64,000 bases of DNA, taken from contig JBFWJC010000001.1 in the NCBI GenBank assembly GCA_050253415.1, positions 352,001 to 416,000 on the forward strand. Direction: 5' to 3'. Positions 22,361-32,878 of the stretch are shown here, one piece after another (within the stretch, counting starts at the first letter, position 1; every line of letters starts with the position of its first letter). The stretch is from Pedobacter sp. GTDB taxonomy: Bacteria; Desulfobacterota; Desulfuromonadia; Desulfuromonadales; Syntrophotaleaceae. The translations under genes were made by a program, and so were the position numbers. Under the pieces are notes generated by a model that worked only from the letters and a program-made list of their open reading frames with translations, did not search any database and was not told the origin of the DNA.

Positions 22361-22584
22361 TCGATGGTATCCGGCGGATTGCTGCGGCCAGAATTTCCTT
22401 GCTCCCGAGGGGCAAACATTGTATTTCCTATAGCCTTCATCCCGCGTTTATCCGGTAACTATCCGTTGTGCAATCTCGGACCATAACCTGCATGCCCTCA
22501 AGGGCGAGTCATTGCTCCGATGCGTGACCATTGCACTTTTGCGAAAAGGGTGATGGGCGCGTTAAACCTACCAAGGAGGATCCC

Positions 22585-23742
22585 ATGGGTCTGTTATCCA
22601 ATACCGTCAGCATCTGCCAGTTCAATGTGGTCGGCGACCTGCCGACGGAAAATCTCATTGAATGGGCCGGGCAATGCCTGGCCGGGCAAGCTTTCCAGAG
22701 CATTGAAGGCAGCAGTGAAGAGCAGTCGAGCGGCTGGGTACACCTCGACGATTTCGAGGCCTGCGATTTCGAGGCCCCCGAAACCTATGCCCGTGACCAT
22801 TATCTGACCTTCAGCTTGCGGCGTGACCGGCGGCGTGTTCCCGGCGGCTTGCTCAAGGCCCACCTTGATCGTGCCGAGCAGAAGTTTTTGGCCGAACACC
22901 CCGGCCTGCAGCGGGTTCCTAAAAACAAACGCGAGGAATTGCGCGAAGCGGTGAGGGGTAACTTGCTGTCCCGCACCCTGCCCTCGCCGGCCACCTTCGA
23001 TGCTGTATGGGATACGCGTAACGGGCGGCTGACCCTGACGACCCTTAACGGTCAGATCGTGGAACAGTTCGAGAACCTGTTCAAAACCACTTTCGAAGGG
23101 CTGCGACTGGTGGCTCTGCATCCCATGGCTCGCGCTGCAGGGGTCCTGGATGACAACCGCAAGGAGGCGTTGCAGCAGCTTAACCGTGCGGTGAACGATA
23201 CGGTGCTCGATCAGATCAAGGACAATCTCTGGCTTGGGTGGGATCTGCTGCGCTGGCTGGTGGACCGTACCCTCAATTCCGGCTCCGAATACCGTGTCAA
23301 CCAGCCCGGCCCGGCTCTTGAAGGCGAAGGCTTTGCGGCCTATCTCAACGACCGCCTGGTCCTCAGCGGCGGTCATGAAGAGGGTACCCAGAAAATTACC
23401 GTAGCCGGTCCCCAGGACCATTTCGACGAGGCGTTGGCCGCTCTCGATACCGGCAAGGATATCGGGGAGGGAACGCTGTACCTGGAAAAAGGCGAGCTGC
23501 AGTGGAAAATGACCCTCAAAGGGGAATTGTTTCAGTTCGGCTCTTACCGCTGTCCGGGCGTGAAGCTGGAAAAGGATGCTCTGACCGATCAGAACAGCGA
23601 GCGCATGGCGGTATTTTTCGAGCGCATGTATGTTCTTGAAGAAGGTCTGCAATTGTTCGACAGCCTGCTGTCGGCCTTTTTGGAAGAGCGTCTTTCGGAA
23701 AACTGGCGTCCGCCCCTTACGGAAAATACGACTACGGCATGA
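22585..23742 (+). CDS. rdgC: Recombination-associated protein RdgC-like
   Basis: SSGWV, LRRDRRRVP and LLSRTLP motifs; AGGAGG RBS before ATG 22585. Confidence 0.75.
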   Translation: MGLLSNTVSICQFNVVGDLPTENLIEWAGQCLAGQAFQSIEGSSEEQSSGWVHLDDFEACDFEAPETYARDHYLTFSLRRDRRRVPGGLLKAHLDRAEQKFLAEHPGLQRVPKNKREELREAVRGNLLSRTLPSPATFDAVWDTRNGRLTLTTLNGQIVEQFENLFKTTFEGLRLVALHPMARAAGVLDDNRKEALQQLNRAVNDTVLDQIKDNLWLGWDLLRWLVDRTLNSGSEYRVNQPGPALEGEGFAAYLNDRLVLSGGHEEGTQKITVAGPQDHFDEALAALDTGKDIGEGTLYLEKGELQWKMTLKGELFQFGSYRCPGVKLEKDALTDQNSERMAVFFERMYVLEEGLQLFDSLLSAFLEERLSENWRPPLTENTTTA

Positions 23743-24134
23743 GTCGGATGTTGGATATGATTTTCGTCTACGGTACCCTGCAACAGCAGGGTGCCGCCCA
23801 TCATCTTCTGGTCGGGCAGGCCACCTTTATGGGGGCTGCCTGGCTGCAAGGTCGATTGTACGAAGTGAGTGGCTATCCCGGTGCGGTTCTGTCGGACAGC
23901 TCCCGGGACCGCATTCAGGGGGAACTTTACCAGATGCACAAGCCGGACATACTGCTGGCGCAACTCGATCAGTATGAAGAGGTCGGGCCGCAATTTCCCC
24001 AACCTCACGAGTATCGGCGCATGCAGGTCAGCGTCAGCGACGCGCGGCAAAAGCCCCGCGCCGCCTGGACGTATATTTACACTCGTAGCACCGTCAATCT
24101 CCCCCGTATTACGAGCGGTCGCTGGTTTGCCTAA
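23739..24134 (+). CDS. Gamma-glutamylcyclotransferase (AIG2-like)
   Basis: FVYGTL, YPG, GELY, LDQYE and AWTY; ATGA overlap with rdgC. Confidence 0.88.
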   Translation: MSRMLDMIFVYGTLQQQGAAHHLLVGQATFMGAAWLQGRLYEVSGYPGAVLSDSSRDRIQGELYQMHKPDILLAQLDQYEEVGPQFPQPHEYRRMQVSVSDARQKPRAAWTYIYTRSTVNLPRITSGRWFA

Positions 24135-24384
24135 AGCTCACGGGAGTCTGTCGGACTATCCATGGGCCGGCTGTGTTTTCATCTTCTTTCCATACTGTTT
24201 GCTGTATCAGGCCATAATATTTTTCTCCTGACTCCGGAACGAGAATTGCTGTTTTGTTATAAAATAGTTCCCTGGTTCATGAGGTTGTTGTGTCTTTCCC
24301 TCGGTCCGTTAGCCTTTGAGTGCGTATTTTGGTCACACGAAGCGGGATATCGCCGGACTTGTCCTTAACACAAAGAAAGAAATT

Positions 24385-25089
24385 ATGCTGGATACTTTTT
24401 TCGATAAAATTTTCGTTATCAATCTGGAGGATCGGGAGGATAAATGGAGGGAAATCTGCCAACGGCTGACAGCACTCGGCATCCAGAAGTTTGAACGGTT
24501 TTCTGCCGTCAAACGCCCTCTCAGTGCTTACCCGGAACAGTTCTATGCCGAAATGAATCTGAGCCGGATCCGACCTGAGGATACCGAAAAGTATCTGGCC
24601 AACGCCTCAGGGTGCAAGCAATCCCACATTGAGATCATAAAAAAAGCCCAACACGAGGGTTTCAACCATATCCTGATACTTGAAGACGATTGTGCCTTTA
24701 TCGATAACGCCATGGATATCTTTTCCAAAGCCTGGAAGGAATTACAAACCACCGACTGGGAGATGTTCTATCTGGGGGGGATGCACAAAAAGCGTACGCC
24801 TCCCCAGTCTTTCAGTCGCCACCTGCTGCGACTTGCCGGCACCTATGAAACCCATGCCTATGCCGTCTCGCGCAGGGGGTATGAACCGCTATTGACTGCT
24901 CTGGGCCAGTATGGGGAGGAAGTCGATGTTATCTATGCCAAGCGTATTCAACCCGATCATGCCTGTTTTGCCACCCATCCTTCGATTGCCTTTCAGGATG
25001 ATACTCCCAGCGATATCGTACAACGACGTATAAAACCGGTAAAAAAGCGCGGCTGGCTGTCTTCTATGTTGCGGCGTTGGCTGCAATGA
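24385..25089 (+). CDS. Glycosyltransferase family 25
   Basis: FVINLEDREDK, ERFSAV, GCKQSH, ILILEDD and THAYAVS. Confidence 0.88.
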   Translation: MLDTFFDKIFVINLEDREDKWREICQRLTALGIQKFERFSAVKRPLSAYPEQFYAEMNLSRIRPEDTEKYLANASGCKQSHIEIIKKAQHEGFNHILILEDDCAFIDNAMDIFSKAWKELQTTDWEMFYLGGMHKKRTPPQSFSRHLLRLAGTYETHAYAVSRRGYEPLLTALGQYGEEVDVIYAKRIQPDHACFATHPSIAFQDDTPSDIVQRRIKPVKKRGWLSSMLRRWLQ

Positions 25090-25324
25090 CAGAATCCTGG
25101 GGGTGCTTGTATCCCCTGTTTAATATCCCTTCAAAATTCTCCCCGATTCATCCGGTATTCTGGCATCTCATTGTCGTCTTATGGAGACACTTGCTGCCCA
25201 AGGCATAACTTTATACTTTCCAATAATTCTATATCGGAGTATAACAGAAAAATTGCTTTTGCGTCGACCACTTAGCCAAGACCTTAACCTTTAAGCTCTG
25301 CCACCAAAGCGATGAACTGACATT

Positions 25325-27574
25325 ATGACCAAACCATCGATCTACCAAAGGCTCTTTTCCGATATTTCCGATTTGCTGGCGGTTATTGACCGTAATCATC
25401 GTCTGGTCATGTGCAACTGGCGTGGTGGTTATGACTACGTTCCGGAGGATAAGAGAAAAGGGCAGCCCCTTTGTTACGATGTTTTTTATCCCGGCCAGGG
25501 GAAACCCTGTGAGCCGTGTCATGTGATGGACGTATTTCGTAACGGCAAGCCTTTGGTAACCGAAAAACATAATGCTCGCATCGGCCACCTGGAGGTGCGC
25601 TGTTTTCCTATACACGATGAGTATGGTGAATTGACTCTGGTGGCCGAACAACTTTGCGATATCAACCAGAGAAAGACCGCCGTGGAAAACCTGCGGGCCA
25701 GGGAAACACAATACCGGACGCTGGTGGAGAGCCAGGTCGACCTGATTTGCCGCTGGCAACCTGATGCCACGCTGACCTTTGTCAACGCCTCCTATTGCCG
25801 GTTTTTCGGCAAAACTCGTGAAGAGCTGCTCGGTACCAAATTTACCGATCTCGTTTCTGAAGAGATTCGTCGCGGCCTTGTCGAGCATGTCGCTTGTCAG
25901 GCGCAGAATCCGAAGTTGGGTTCCCTGGAGGTCGAAGTTTGTAATGCCGATGGCGAGAACCGCTGGCAGAGCTGGTATGATTGCCCTATATTCGATGAGC
26001 AGGGACACTTGCTGGAGTTTCAATCGGTGGCGCGGGATATTACCGAAGAAAAACTTGCCCTTGAGCGGTTACGACTAAGTCAGGATCGCTACCGTCTGTT
26101 TTTTGAAAATGATCTGACCGGCGATTTTGTGGTGACGGTAGAAGGCCAGCTTGTCGATTGCAATCAGGCTTTTTTGCGTATTTTCGGTTTTGCTTCCAAA
26201 GAACAAGCCATGGCGCAAAACTTTTTTGCGCTGTTTTTTCACTGCAACGATCCCGCCTTCTTTTTTCAAACGTTACAAGCGCAGCAGAAGATGGAATATT
26301 GCGAAATAGAAGGCTGCAAAAGCGATGGCGCCCCCATACAGTTAATCGCCAACCTGATCGGCGAGTTCGACGATGACGGGCAGCTCGCTTCCATTCAGGG
26401 CTTTTTATTCGACAACACCGACCTGAAAAATCTGCAGAAGCAGTTTCTGCATGCGCAAAAAATGGAAGCCATGGGGCGTCTGGCTGGTGGGGTCGCTCAT
26501 GATTTCAACAATCTTTTGACCGTTATCAGCGGTTACAGCCAGTACCTGTTGCAGAAATACCCAGAAGAGCCCATGCGGGGTTGCCTGGAGCAGATCGTCA
26601 AAGCGGGAGATCAGGCTGCTTCCCTGACCAGTCAATTGCTGGCCTTCAGTCGGCGGCAGGTCATGCAGACCAAAGAGATGGATCTCAATGCGGTAACCGC
26701 CGATATGGAAAAGATGCTGCTGCGTATCCTCGGTGCCGATGTTGAACTGGTGGTGTTGCGGGACCCACGCCTCGGGCTTATCAATGCCGATCGGGGGCAG
26801 ATCGAACAGGTGATCGTCAATCTGGCCATCAACGCGCGGGATGCCATGCCCGGGGGTGGCAAACTGACCATCGAGACCATCAATATCGAGCTCGATGAAA
26901 TTTACTCGACCTGGCACACCGGTCTGGCCCCAGGGTATTATGTCATGATGTCCGTGACCGATACCGGTTCCGGTATGGATGCCGAAACCATGAGCAAGAT
27001 TTTTGAACCCTTCTACACCACCAAGGAGACGGGCAAGGGAACCGGGTTGGGATTGTCAACCGTGTACGGTATCGTGCAGCAAAGCGGTGGGCACATCTAT
27101 GTTTACAGCGAACCGGGCATGGGCACCACCTTTAAAATCTATCTGCCGCGCATCGACAGCCCCATGATCAGCGGTGCCATCAAGGAAGGACCCTGCCTGC
27201 CTGTCAGGGGATCGGAAACCATCCTGCTGGTCGAAGACAACGAGTCGGTCAGGGATCTGGCCCATATGGTCTTGCACGGCAATGGATATAAGGTCCTGGA
27301 GGCCGGTAATCCGCAAGAGGCCTTACAGGTGTTTGAATCCTACGGAGACCCCATTCATTTGTTGCTGACCGATGTCGTTATGCCGGGTGGTAGCGGCCCG
27401 ATGCTGGCAAAGGAACTGCGCAGTCGGTTGGACAACCTCAAGGTTCTGTATGTTTCCGGATATCCGCAGGATACCCATGCCATCGACAATCTTGATGCGC
27501 ATAAGGACGCCTTTCTGGCCAAACCCTTTACCCCTGTTTCCCTGGGTCTGAAAGTGCGTGAAATCCTCGGTTGA
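25325..27574 (+). CDS. Multi-PAS hybrid sensor histidine kinase with receiver domain
   Basis: LAGGVAHDFNNLL, NLAINARDAM, FEPFYTTK, GTGLGL, and receiver LLTDVVMP. Confidence 0.95.
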   Translation: MTKPSIYQRLFSDISDLLAVIDRNHRLVMCNWRGGYDYVPEDKRKGQPLCYDVFYPGQGKPCEPCHVMDVFRNGKPLVTEKHNARIGHLEVRCFPIHDEYGELTLVAEQLCDINQRKTAVENLRARETQYRTLVESQVDLICRWQPDATLTFVNASYCRFFGKTREELLGTKFTDLVSEEIRRGLVEHVACQAQNPKLGSLEVEVCNADGENRWQSWYDCPIFDEQGHLLEFQSVARDITEEKLALERLRLSQDRYRLFFENDLTGDFVVTVEGQLVDCNQAFLRIFGFASKEQAMAQNFFALFFHCNDPAFFFQTLQAQQKMEYCEIEGCKSDGAPIQLIANLIGEFDDDGQLASIQGFLFDNTDLKNLQKQFLHAQKMEAMGRLAGGVAHDFNNLLTVISGYSQYLLQKYPEEPMRGCLEQIVKAGDQAASLTSQLLAFSRRQVMQTKEMDLNAVTADMEKMLLRILGADVELVVLRDPRLGLINADRGQIEQVIVNLAINARDAMPGGGKLTIETINIELDEIYSTWHTGLAPGYYVMMSVTDTGSGMDAETMSKIFEPFYTTKETGKGTGLGLSTVYGIVQQSGGHIYVYSEPGMGTTFKIYLPRIDSPMISGAIKEGPCLPVRGSETILLVEDNESVRDLAHMVLHGNGYKVLEAGNPQEALQVFESYGDPIHLLLTDVVMPGGSGPMLAKELRSRLDNLKVLYVSGYPQDTHAIDNLDAHKDAFLAKPFTPVSLGLKVREILG

Positions 27575-27593
27575 GGTAGCCCCGTATATACGC

Positions 27594-27632
27594 AAAAAAG
27601 GCTCCCCTTTAATACAAAGGGGAGCCTTTTTT
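27594..27632. terminator. Bidirectional intrinsic terminator
   Basis: aaaaaaggctcccctttaatacaaaggggagcctttttt between convergent genes. Confidence 0.88.
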
Positions 27633-27651
27633 GCTTTCGTAACGAACTGTT

Positions 27652-28323
27652 TCACCTATTTTTTAAAAAAGTCTCGAATTCGGTCATGTCCCGCTGGATT
27701 AAATCCTGCCCCTTTTGTTCGTGCCAGCGATTGGTGTCGCGCAGGCCGAATACGCAGCCGCAGTATTGCTGGTGATAAAACTCCTCACGCTGTGAGACCT
27801 CCACCATGCGTTGCGAGCCGCCGCCCTTGCGCCAATTGAACGGCCAGAATATCACACCCGGATAAGCCTGAGCGGCGGCCAGCCCCGCCCGGTTGACCTG
27901 TTCCAGGTTTTTCCAGCGAGAGATCCCCAGGGTGGTGGCAAACACTTCAAAACCGTGAAATGCGGCAAACTCCGCCGTTGCATCAAGCCGCAAGCGGAAA
28001 CATGCGCTGCAACGCTCTCCGCGCTCAGGTTCCTGTTCAAGGCCGGCCACCGTGTCGAACCACCCTGACGGGTCGTAGTCGGCTTCCACAAATGCCACAC
28101 CCAGCTTGGCTGCGAAGGCCTTCTGTTCCTGCTTGCGTCGGTGGTATTCGTCACGTGGGTGAATGTTGGGGTTGTGAAAATACAGAGTCACCGCTACTCC
28201 GGCGCCGACCAGGGTTTCCAGAACCCCTCCTGCACATGGTGCGCAGCAGCTGTGCAGCAGCAGCGATCGCGCCCCGCCGGGCAGTTCCAGGGTCATGCCA
28301 TTTTGGGTCTCGGACTTTTTCAA
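27652..28323 (-). CDS. queH: Epoxyqueuosine reductase QueH
   Basis: LLLHSCCAPC, NPNIHP, EPERGERCSACF and YHQQYCGCVF. Confidence 0.9.
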   Translation of the reverse strand: MKKSETQNGMTLELPGGARSLLLHSCCAPCAGGVLETLVGAGVAVTLYFHNPNIHPRDEYHRRKQEQKAFAAKLGVAFVEADYDPSGWFDTVAGLEQEPERGERCSACFRLRLDATAEFAAFHGFEVFATTLGISRWKNLEQVNRAGLAAAQAYPGVIFWPFNWRKGGGSQRMVEVSQREEFYHQQYCGCVFGLRDTNRWHEQKGQDLIQRDMTEFETFLKNR

Positions 28324-28393
28324 GCAATTCTCTCCGGATTTGACGCAGCATTGAGTTTTACAGGTTCACGACTGTTCCGCAAAATCATGCTTT

Positions 28394-28477
28394 AACAGGG
28401 ATGCCCAGAATACACAGGATGAAAACCAAAGGATTGGAATTCAAGAATTTTATCCTGAACATCCTTATTATCCCTGT
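28394..28477. repeat. Palindromic intergenic element, copy A ((caggatNNN)x3 arms)
   Basis: aacagggatgcccagaatacacaggat...atcctgaacatccttattatccctgt; aligns with the reverse complement of 31229-31312. Confidence 0.8.
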
Positions 28478-28613
28478 CCGATCTGGTCGTATTCTCTGCT
28501 ATGCGGGGTATACGGCGTCAGTATACCCTCAAGCCGCTATTCCGGACAAGTCTGGCAGTCATATACTGTTTTGACTGGGAATGGCTAAAGGATCCGTTCG
28601 TTAAAATACAGTC

Positions 28614-28651
28614 TTGACAAACAACCCGGTATTTGTCCTATTGTGCAAGTA
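28614..28651 (+). promoter_or_regulatory. Putative promoter and ArsR-type operator
   Basis: TTGACA at 28614; imperfect inverted repeat TATTTG(28630)...CAAGTA(28646) upstream of the ArsR gene. Confidence 0.45.
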
Positions 28652-28675
28652 GACAATAAGGAAAGGTTAAATATT

Positions 28676-28966
28676 TTGCCAAAATCCAAAGCAGAGCTGG
28701 ACTATTGTACCGACTTTTTCAAAGCACTGTCCCACCCGACCAGAATTGTGCTGGTCGTGGAGTTGGCGCAAGGGGAACAGTGCGTACGTACCTTGACCGA
28801 GAAAGTTGGTGCCGATATGTCGACCGTTTCCCGCCATCTGCGGGAGCTTAAGAACGCCGGTATTATCCGTAACGAAAAACGTGGCAATCAGGTTTTTTAC
28901 CATTTACGCACGCCGTGTATCCTGAACTTCATGGAATGCATCCGCAATCTGCAACGGGCCGAGTAG
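28676..28966 (+). CDS. ArsR/SmtB family transcriptional regulator
   Basis: FKALSHPTRI, STVSRHLRELKNAGII and GNQVFY. Probable TTG start at 28676 after GGAAAGG. Confidence 0.88.
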   Translation: MPKSKAELDYCTDFFKALSHPTRIVLVVELAQGEQCVRTLTEKVGADMSTVSRHLRELKNAGIIRNEKRGNQVFYHLRTPCILNFMECIRNLQRAE

Positions 28967-29014
28967 CTAAACCCTCCATCCTGTACAGGTCGTGTTAATG
29001 GAAAGGAGCCCGGT

Positions 29015-30328
29015 ATGAAATGGAACAAGGAATGGAAATCGCTGGCGATGATCGTTGGCGGGTTTGTGCTTTGCTATTACCTGCCTGTCGATTGGCTACG
29101 CAGTCTCGAGCGTTTGCAGAACGCGGTGTGGGAGTCGCTGTACCTGGTCAAGTGGTATGCCCGCGAGCACGTCCTGTTGTGCCTGGTACCGGCCTTTTTC
29201 ATTGCCGGGGCGGTCGGGGTTTTCGTCAGCCAGGCCGCGGTGATGAAATACCTTGGCGCCCGTGCCAGCAAGGTTCTGGCCTACGGCGTGGCGGCGGTAT
29301 CGGGGTCTATTCTGGCGGTGTGTTCGTGTACCATCCTGCCGTTGTTCGCCGGGATCTATCGTATGGGGGCAGGGCTCGGTCCGGCCTGCGCTTTTTTGTA
29401 TTCCGGCCCTGCCATCAATATTCTGGCTATCATATTAACGGCCCGGGTACTCGGTCCGGAGATCGGTATGGCGCGAGCCGTCGGTGCGGTATTGTTCAGT
29501 ATCGTCGTCGGTCTGTGCATGCATTTTTTCTTCCGCAAAGAAGAACTTGAAAAACGCGATGCCAATATGATTATGCCGGAACCGGAGGTGTCTCGTCCCC
29601 TATGGCAAAATGCTCTTTATTTTGCAACCATGGTCGGTATTCTGGTGTTTGCCAACTGGGGGCGCCCCACTACCGAAACCGGTTTATGGCATGCTATTCA
29701 TGCCTCTAAATGGTTGATCACCGGCGGCTTTGCCCTGCTGCTGGGCCTCATATTGATACGCTGGTTTCAGGTTCGCTGGTGGAAAATCGCCCTGGTGGCG
29801 ATCCCCACCGTGATTCTGGCGGAGCTTCTGCCGCAGGTACCAGGCGTAGCGTTTGTGGTCGGCGTGGTGGGCCTGTCGGTCATCATCAACACCGAAGGGG
29901 AGGAAATGCAGGAGTGGTTCAGCACTTCCTGGGGATTTGCCAAACAAATCCTGCCCCTGTTACTGATCGGTGTCATCATCGCCGGGGCCTTGCTGGGACG
30001 TCCGGGCTCGGAAGGGCTGATCCCTTCAGATTGGGTCGCACGCTCTGTCGGTGGCAACTCTCTGGGTGCGAACCTGTTTGCTTCCGTGGCCGGAGCCTTC
30101 ATGTACTTTGCCACCCTGACCGAGGTGCCGATTCTCGAGGGGCTGATCGGTTCAGGTATGGGCAAGGGTCCGGCTCTGGCCTTGCTGCTGGCGGGGCCCG
30201 CTCTAAGTCTGCCGAACATGCTAGTCATCCGCAGCGTTATGGGTACCAAAAAGACCTTGGTGTTCGTGCTGCTGGTGGTGGTCATGGCCACCGTAAGTGG
30301 TCTGATTTTTGGAACATTTTGGGGATAG
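29015..30328 (+). CDS. Predicted permease (ArsP/DUF318-like)
   Basis: LAVCSCTILPLF, FLYSGPAIN, YFATLTEVP and LLAGPALSLP. Confidence 0.88.
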   Translation: MKWNKEWKSLAMIVGGFVLCYYLPVDWLRSLERLQNAVWESLYLVKWYAREHVLLCLVPAFFIAGAVGVFVSQAAVMKYLGARASKVLAYGVAAVSGSILAVCSCTILPLFAGIYRMGAGLGPACAFLYSGPAINILAIILTARVLGPEIGMARAVGAVLFSIVVGLCMHFFFRKEELEKRDANMIMPEPEVSRPLWQNALYFATMVGILVFANWGRPTTETGLWHAIHASKWLITGGFALLLGLILIRWFQVRWWKIALVAIPTVILAELLPQVPGVAFVVGVVGLSVIINTEGEEMQEWFSTSWGFAKQILPLLLIGVIIAGALLGRPGSEGLIPSDWVARSVGGNSLGANLFASVAGAFMYFATLTEVPILEGLIGSGMGKGPALALLLAGPALSLPNMLVIRSVMGTKKTLVFVLLVVVMATVSGLIFGTFWG

Positions 30329-30385
30329 TTGTCATAGAACGTCGAAGTTTCAGACACACATGTTGCTTTTAGTGATGGAAAGGAA

Positions 30386-30625
30386 ATGCAGATGAAAAAG
30401 ATACAGATACTCGGCACCGGCTGTAAAAAGTGCCAGACCCTTATGGAAAATGCAAAATCGGCGGCCGATGAACTCGGCATCCAATATGAACTGATCAAGG
30501 TTTCTGATATCAAGGATATCGCCGGATTCGGCGTCATGCTAACTCCGGCTCTTGCAGTCGATGGAGAGGTCAAGCTGGTTGGCAAGGTCGCCAAACCGGA
30601 AGAGTTGAAAAAGTATCTGGCTTGA
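30386..30625 (+). CDS. Small redox-active disulfide protein (thioredoxin-like)
   Basis: ILGTGCKKC and TPALAVDG. Confidence 0.9.
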   Translation: MQMKKIQILGTGCKKCQTLMENAKSAADELGIQYELIKVSDIKDIAGFGVMLTPALAVDGEVKLVGKVAKPEELKKYLA

Positions 30626-30756
30626 TCCGCACGATTGAAGATACGACGCTCGCAATTGCAATGAATGATTTTGGTGAAGTACTCACATGCTTGAAAGGGA
30701 AACTTGCCGGACCTTGCCGGCATTGCCTCATAATCTATCTCTAGGAGGGAGCAATC

Positions 30757-31080
30757 ATGCGCATGTTGGCGGAATTTTTTCCGGAATTCACTGATTTATT
30801 GGATCAGATGGATGACCTCTATCTGAAAAAACGCACTATCGATGAGAAGACCTACCAGTTCATCGCTTTTGCCCTGTCTATCAAGGGGCGCTCCAAACCC
30901 TGTGTGCTCAAGCATTTCAAGGGGGCTCTGGAGGCCGGTGCCACGGTCAAGGAGCTGTCCTATATCTTTGCTCTGACGATGCGGGAGGCGGCCGGTGCCG
31001 ACGACTGTTGGACGCATGATGTGCTGGGCGACTGGAAAGAAATCGTCGCCGGTAATGTCGATTGCGACTGTGCTGTATAA
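30757..31080 (+). CDS. Carboxymuconolactone decarboxylase/AhpD-like protein
   Basis: CVLKHFKGALEAGATVKEL; AGGAGG RBS. Confidence 0.8.
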   Translation: MRMLAEFFPEFTDLLDQMDDLYLKKRTIDEKTYQFIAFALSIKGRSKPCVLKHFKGALEAGATVKELSYIFALTMREAAGADDCWTHDVLGDWKEIVAGNVDCDCAV

Positions 31081-31167
31081 TGGCCTAATGCCATGCCCTG
31101 GGGATGTTGCTATTCCCGGGGCATAAGTTTACCCATAAGCTTTATTTGGTAATTTATTGAAAAACGG

Positions 31168-31422
31168 ATTTACCGCCGAGACCGCCGAGACCGCAGAGAA
31201 AATGCGACATTCTTAAAACTCCTATACAAACAGGGATGATCAGGATGTTCAGGATAAAATCTTGCGCGCCAATTTTTTGGTTTTAATCCTGCGTATCCTG
31301 GATATCCCTGTTAATACATAACTTAAATGGGATTATAGGCAATATGTAAGGCAGTAAAGGCTGCAGAGTATTATCAAGTTAATAGATTTTTCTCGGCGGT
31401 CTCTGCGTGCTCTGCGGTAAAT
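31168..31422. repeat. Nested palindromic element: outer (accgcMgag)x3 arms enclosing inner (caggatNNN)x3 arms
   Basis: Outer arms 31168-31203 and 31386-31422; inner arms 31229-31259 and 31281-31312. Confidence 0.85.
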
Positions 31423-31467
31423 GATTCGTGATTTTCAAAAGATACTCCCAAAGAACTTCTTCCCGCG

Positions 31468-32670
31468 TTAACACACCGGATGTTTCCCCTCGATCAACTC
31501 CCTGCACAGCCTATCCATTCCTGCCAGAGCTTCACTCAGGATAGCCCTGGCTGCCTGCCGAACCGGTTCGAAAGGCTGTCCCGGTGCGGGCAGAATGTGA
31601 GCCGCCATCAACTGCGGTTGGTCGATGGGCGCCCCGATCTGGCTGACCAGAAATACATACACCTCCTGCAGGCCGGGAATCCCTTCGTAGATGGTGCGCG
31701 CAGCATGATGCGCAAGCACGTTGTATATTTTGCCGACATGACTGACCGGGTTTTTGCCCGCGACCGCTTCGGTACCGATGGGGCGCCCTACGGGGATCAG
31801 GCCGTTGACCCGGTTACCGCGTCCGACCTGCCCGGAGTCGGCATCCTCGGCGGAGGTGCCGAGCAGGCTCAGGTAAACACCCCCCAGGCCCCGACCGGGC
31901 TGATCGAGGGTGTTGAGATGGACCTTAATCTCGTCAAAACCGGGCAGGGTCGCTGCAAATAGCTGCAGATCGGCGAGGATGGCGCGTTTGCGGTCAAAAT
32001 AGATTTTTTCGCAGTCGATATGGCGGGCCATCAGCGGCATGGCCACGGTCAGGTCGAGGCGTCTGTACTGGCGCACCCCCATGACTTTGACGTCTTCGCC
32101 GGTTTCGGGAAAAAGCTTTTTGAACGCTGCACCGTTGACATAGTGTTCCAGCGCAAGCACCGCTTTCTCCGTGGGGCTTAAGGGGTAGTATCCTACCGCC
32201 GCCGAGCTATCGTTGGCGCAGCGCACATGCCCGGCACGAGAGAATATATCGGTCAGTTCCTCCGAGCCGGGGGCCAGCAGTACCCGGCAATTCAGGTGCT
32301 GGTCCGGGTCGATAAATCGCATGTGGGCAACCAGCCAGTCGCGCACCGCCTTGTCGGCTATCTCCGCCACCGGCACTTGTTTGCCCTGAACAAGGACGGT
32401 CGCCCGGTCGCCGATACTCAGTTCCATCCGTTTGAGCATGCGGCCGCCGCCGAACCATTTCTCGACGCTGCCTGCGGTCAGCAGGCCCTTGTCGATGTTG
32501 TGATGCAGGACCGAGCCGAACTCCTTCAGATAGTAGCGTGACAGTTGCTGGGATATGGTCTCCAGCATGGCGTCGCACATGCTGTCGGGATGACCGACCC
32601 CTTTACGTTCCACGATCTCGAATGGCTGATCGGCCATCGCCCGGCCTTCAAAAGGTGCTACCAGAATCAT
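31468..32670 (-). CDS. Archaeal-type methionine adenosyltransferase (SAM synthetase)
   Basis: EIVERKGVGHPD, ANDSS, GEDVKVMG, GTSAEDADSGQVGRGNR and AGKNPVSHVGKIYN. Confidence 0.9.
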   Translation of the reverse strand: MILVAPFEGRAMADQPFEIVERKGVGHPDSMCDAMLETISQQLSRYYLKEFGSVLHHNIDKGLLTAGSVEKWFGGGRMLKRMELSIGDRATVLVQGKQVPVAEIADKAVRDWLVAHMRFIDPDQHLNCRVLLAPGSEELTDIFSRAGHVRCANDSSAAVGYYPLSPTEKAVLALEHYVNGAAFKKLFPETGEDVKVMGVRQYRRLDLTVAMPLMARHIDCEKIYFDRKRAILADLQLFAATLPGFDEIKVHLNTLDQPGRGLGGVYLSLLGTSAEDADSGQVGRGNRVNGLIPVGRPIGTEAVAGKNPVSHVGKIYNVLAHHAARTIYEGIPGLQEVYVFLVSQIGAPIDQPQLMAAHILPAPGQPFEPVRQAARAILSEALAGMDRLCRELIEGKHPVC

Positions 32671-32878
32671 TCGATGTCTCCTTATGACACGGTTTCGGGG
32701 CTGATTTTCACCACCCTCTGTGTAATTGTACCGTGCCTCTTCCTGGACGCCAGCTACCCTTGGGGACCATTTCCCGTAAATAATCCTCAGGCGTTGATAA
32801 GGGCGTAGATTCTGACCGACCTTGATCTTCCCGGATAAACATGTTAGGCCTCAAGGGAACTCTAACCAGCGAGGTGTC

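Noticed and set aside
31168..31422. CRISPR array
   Set aside because: The repeats are 9-bp units in inverted arms, with no repeat-spacer periodicity and no cas genes.
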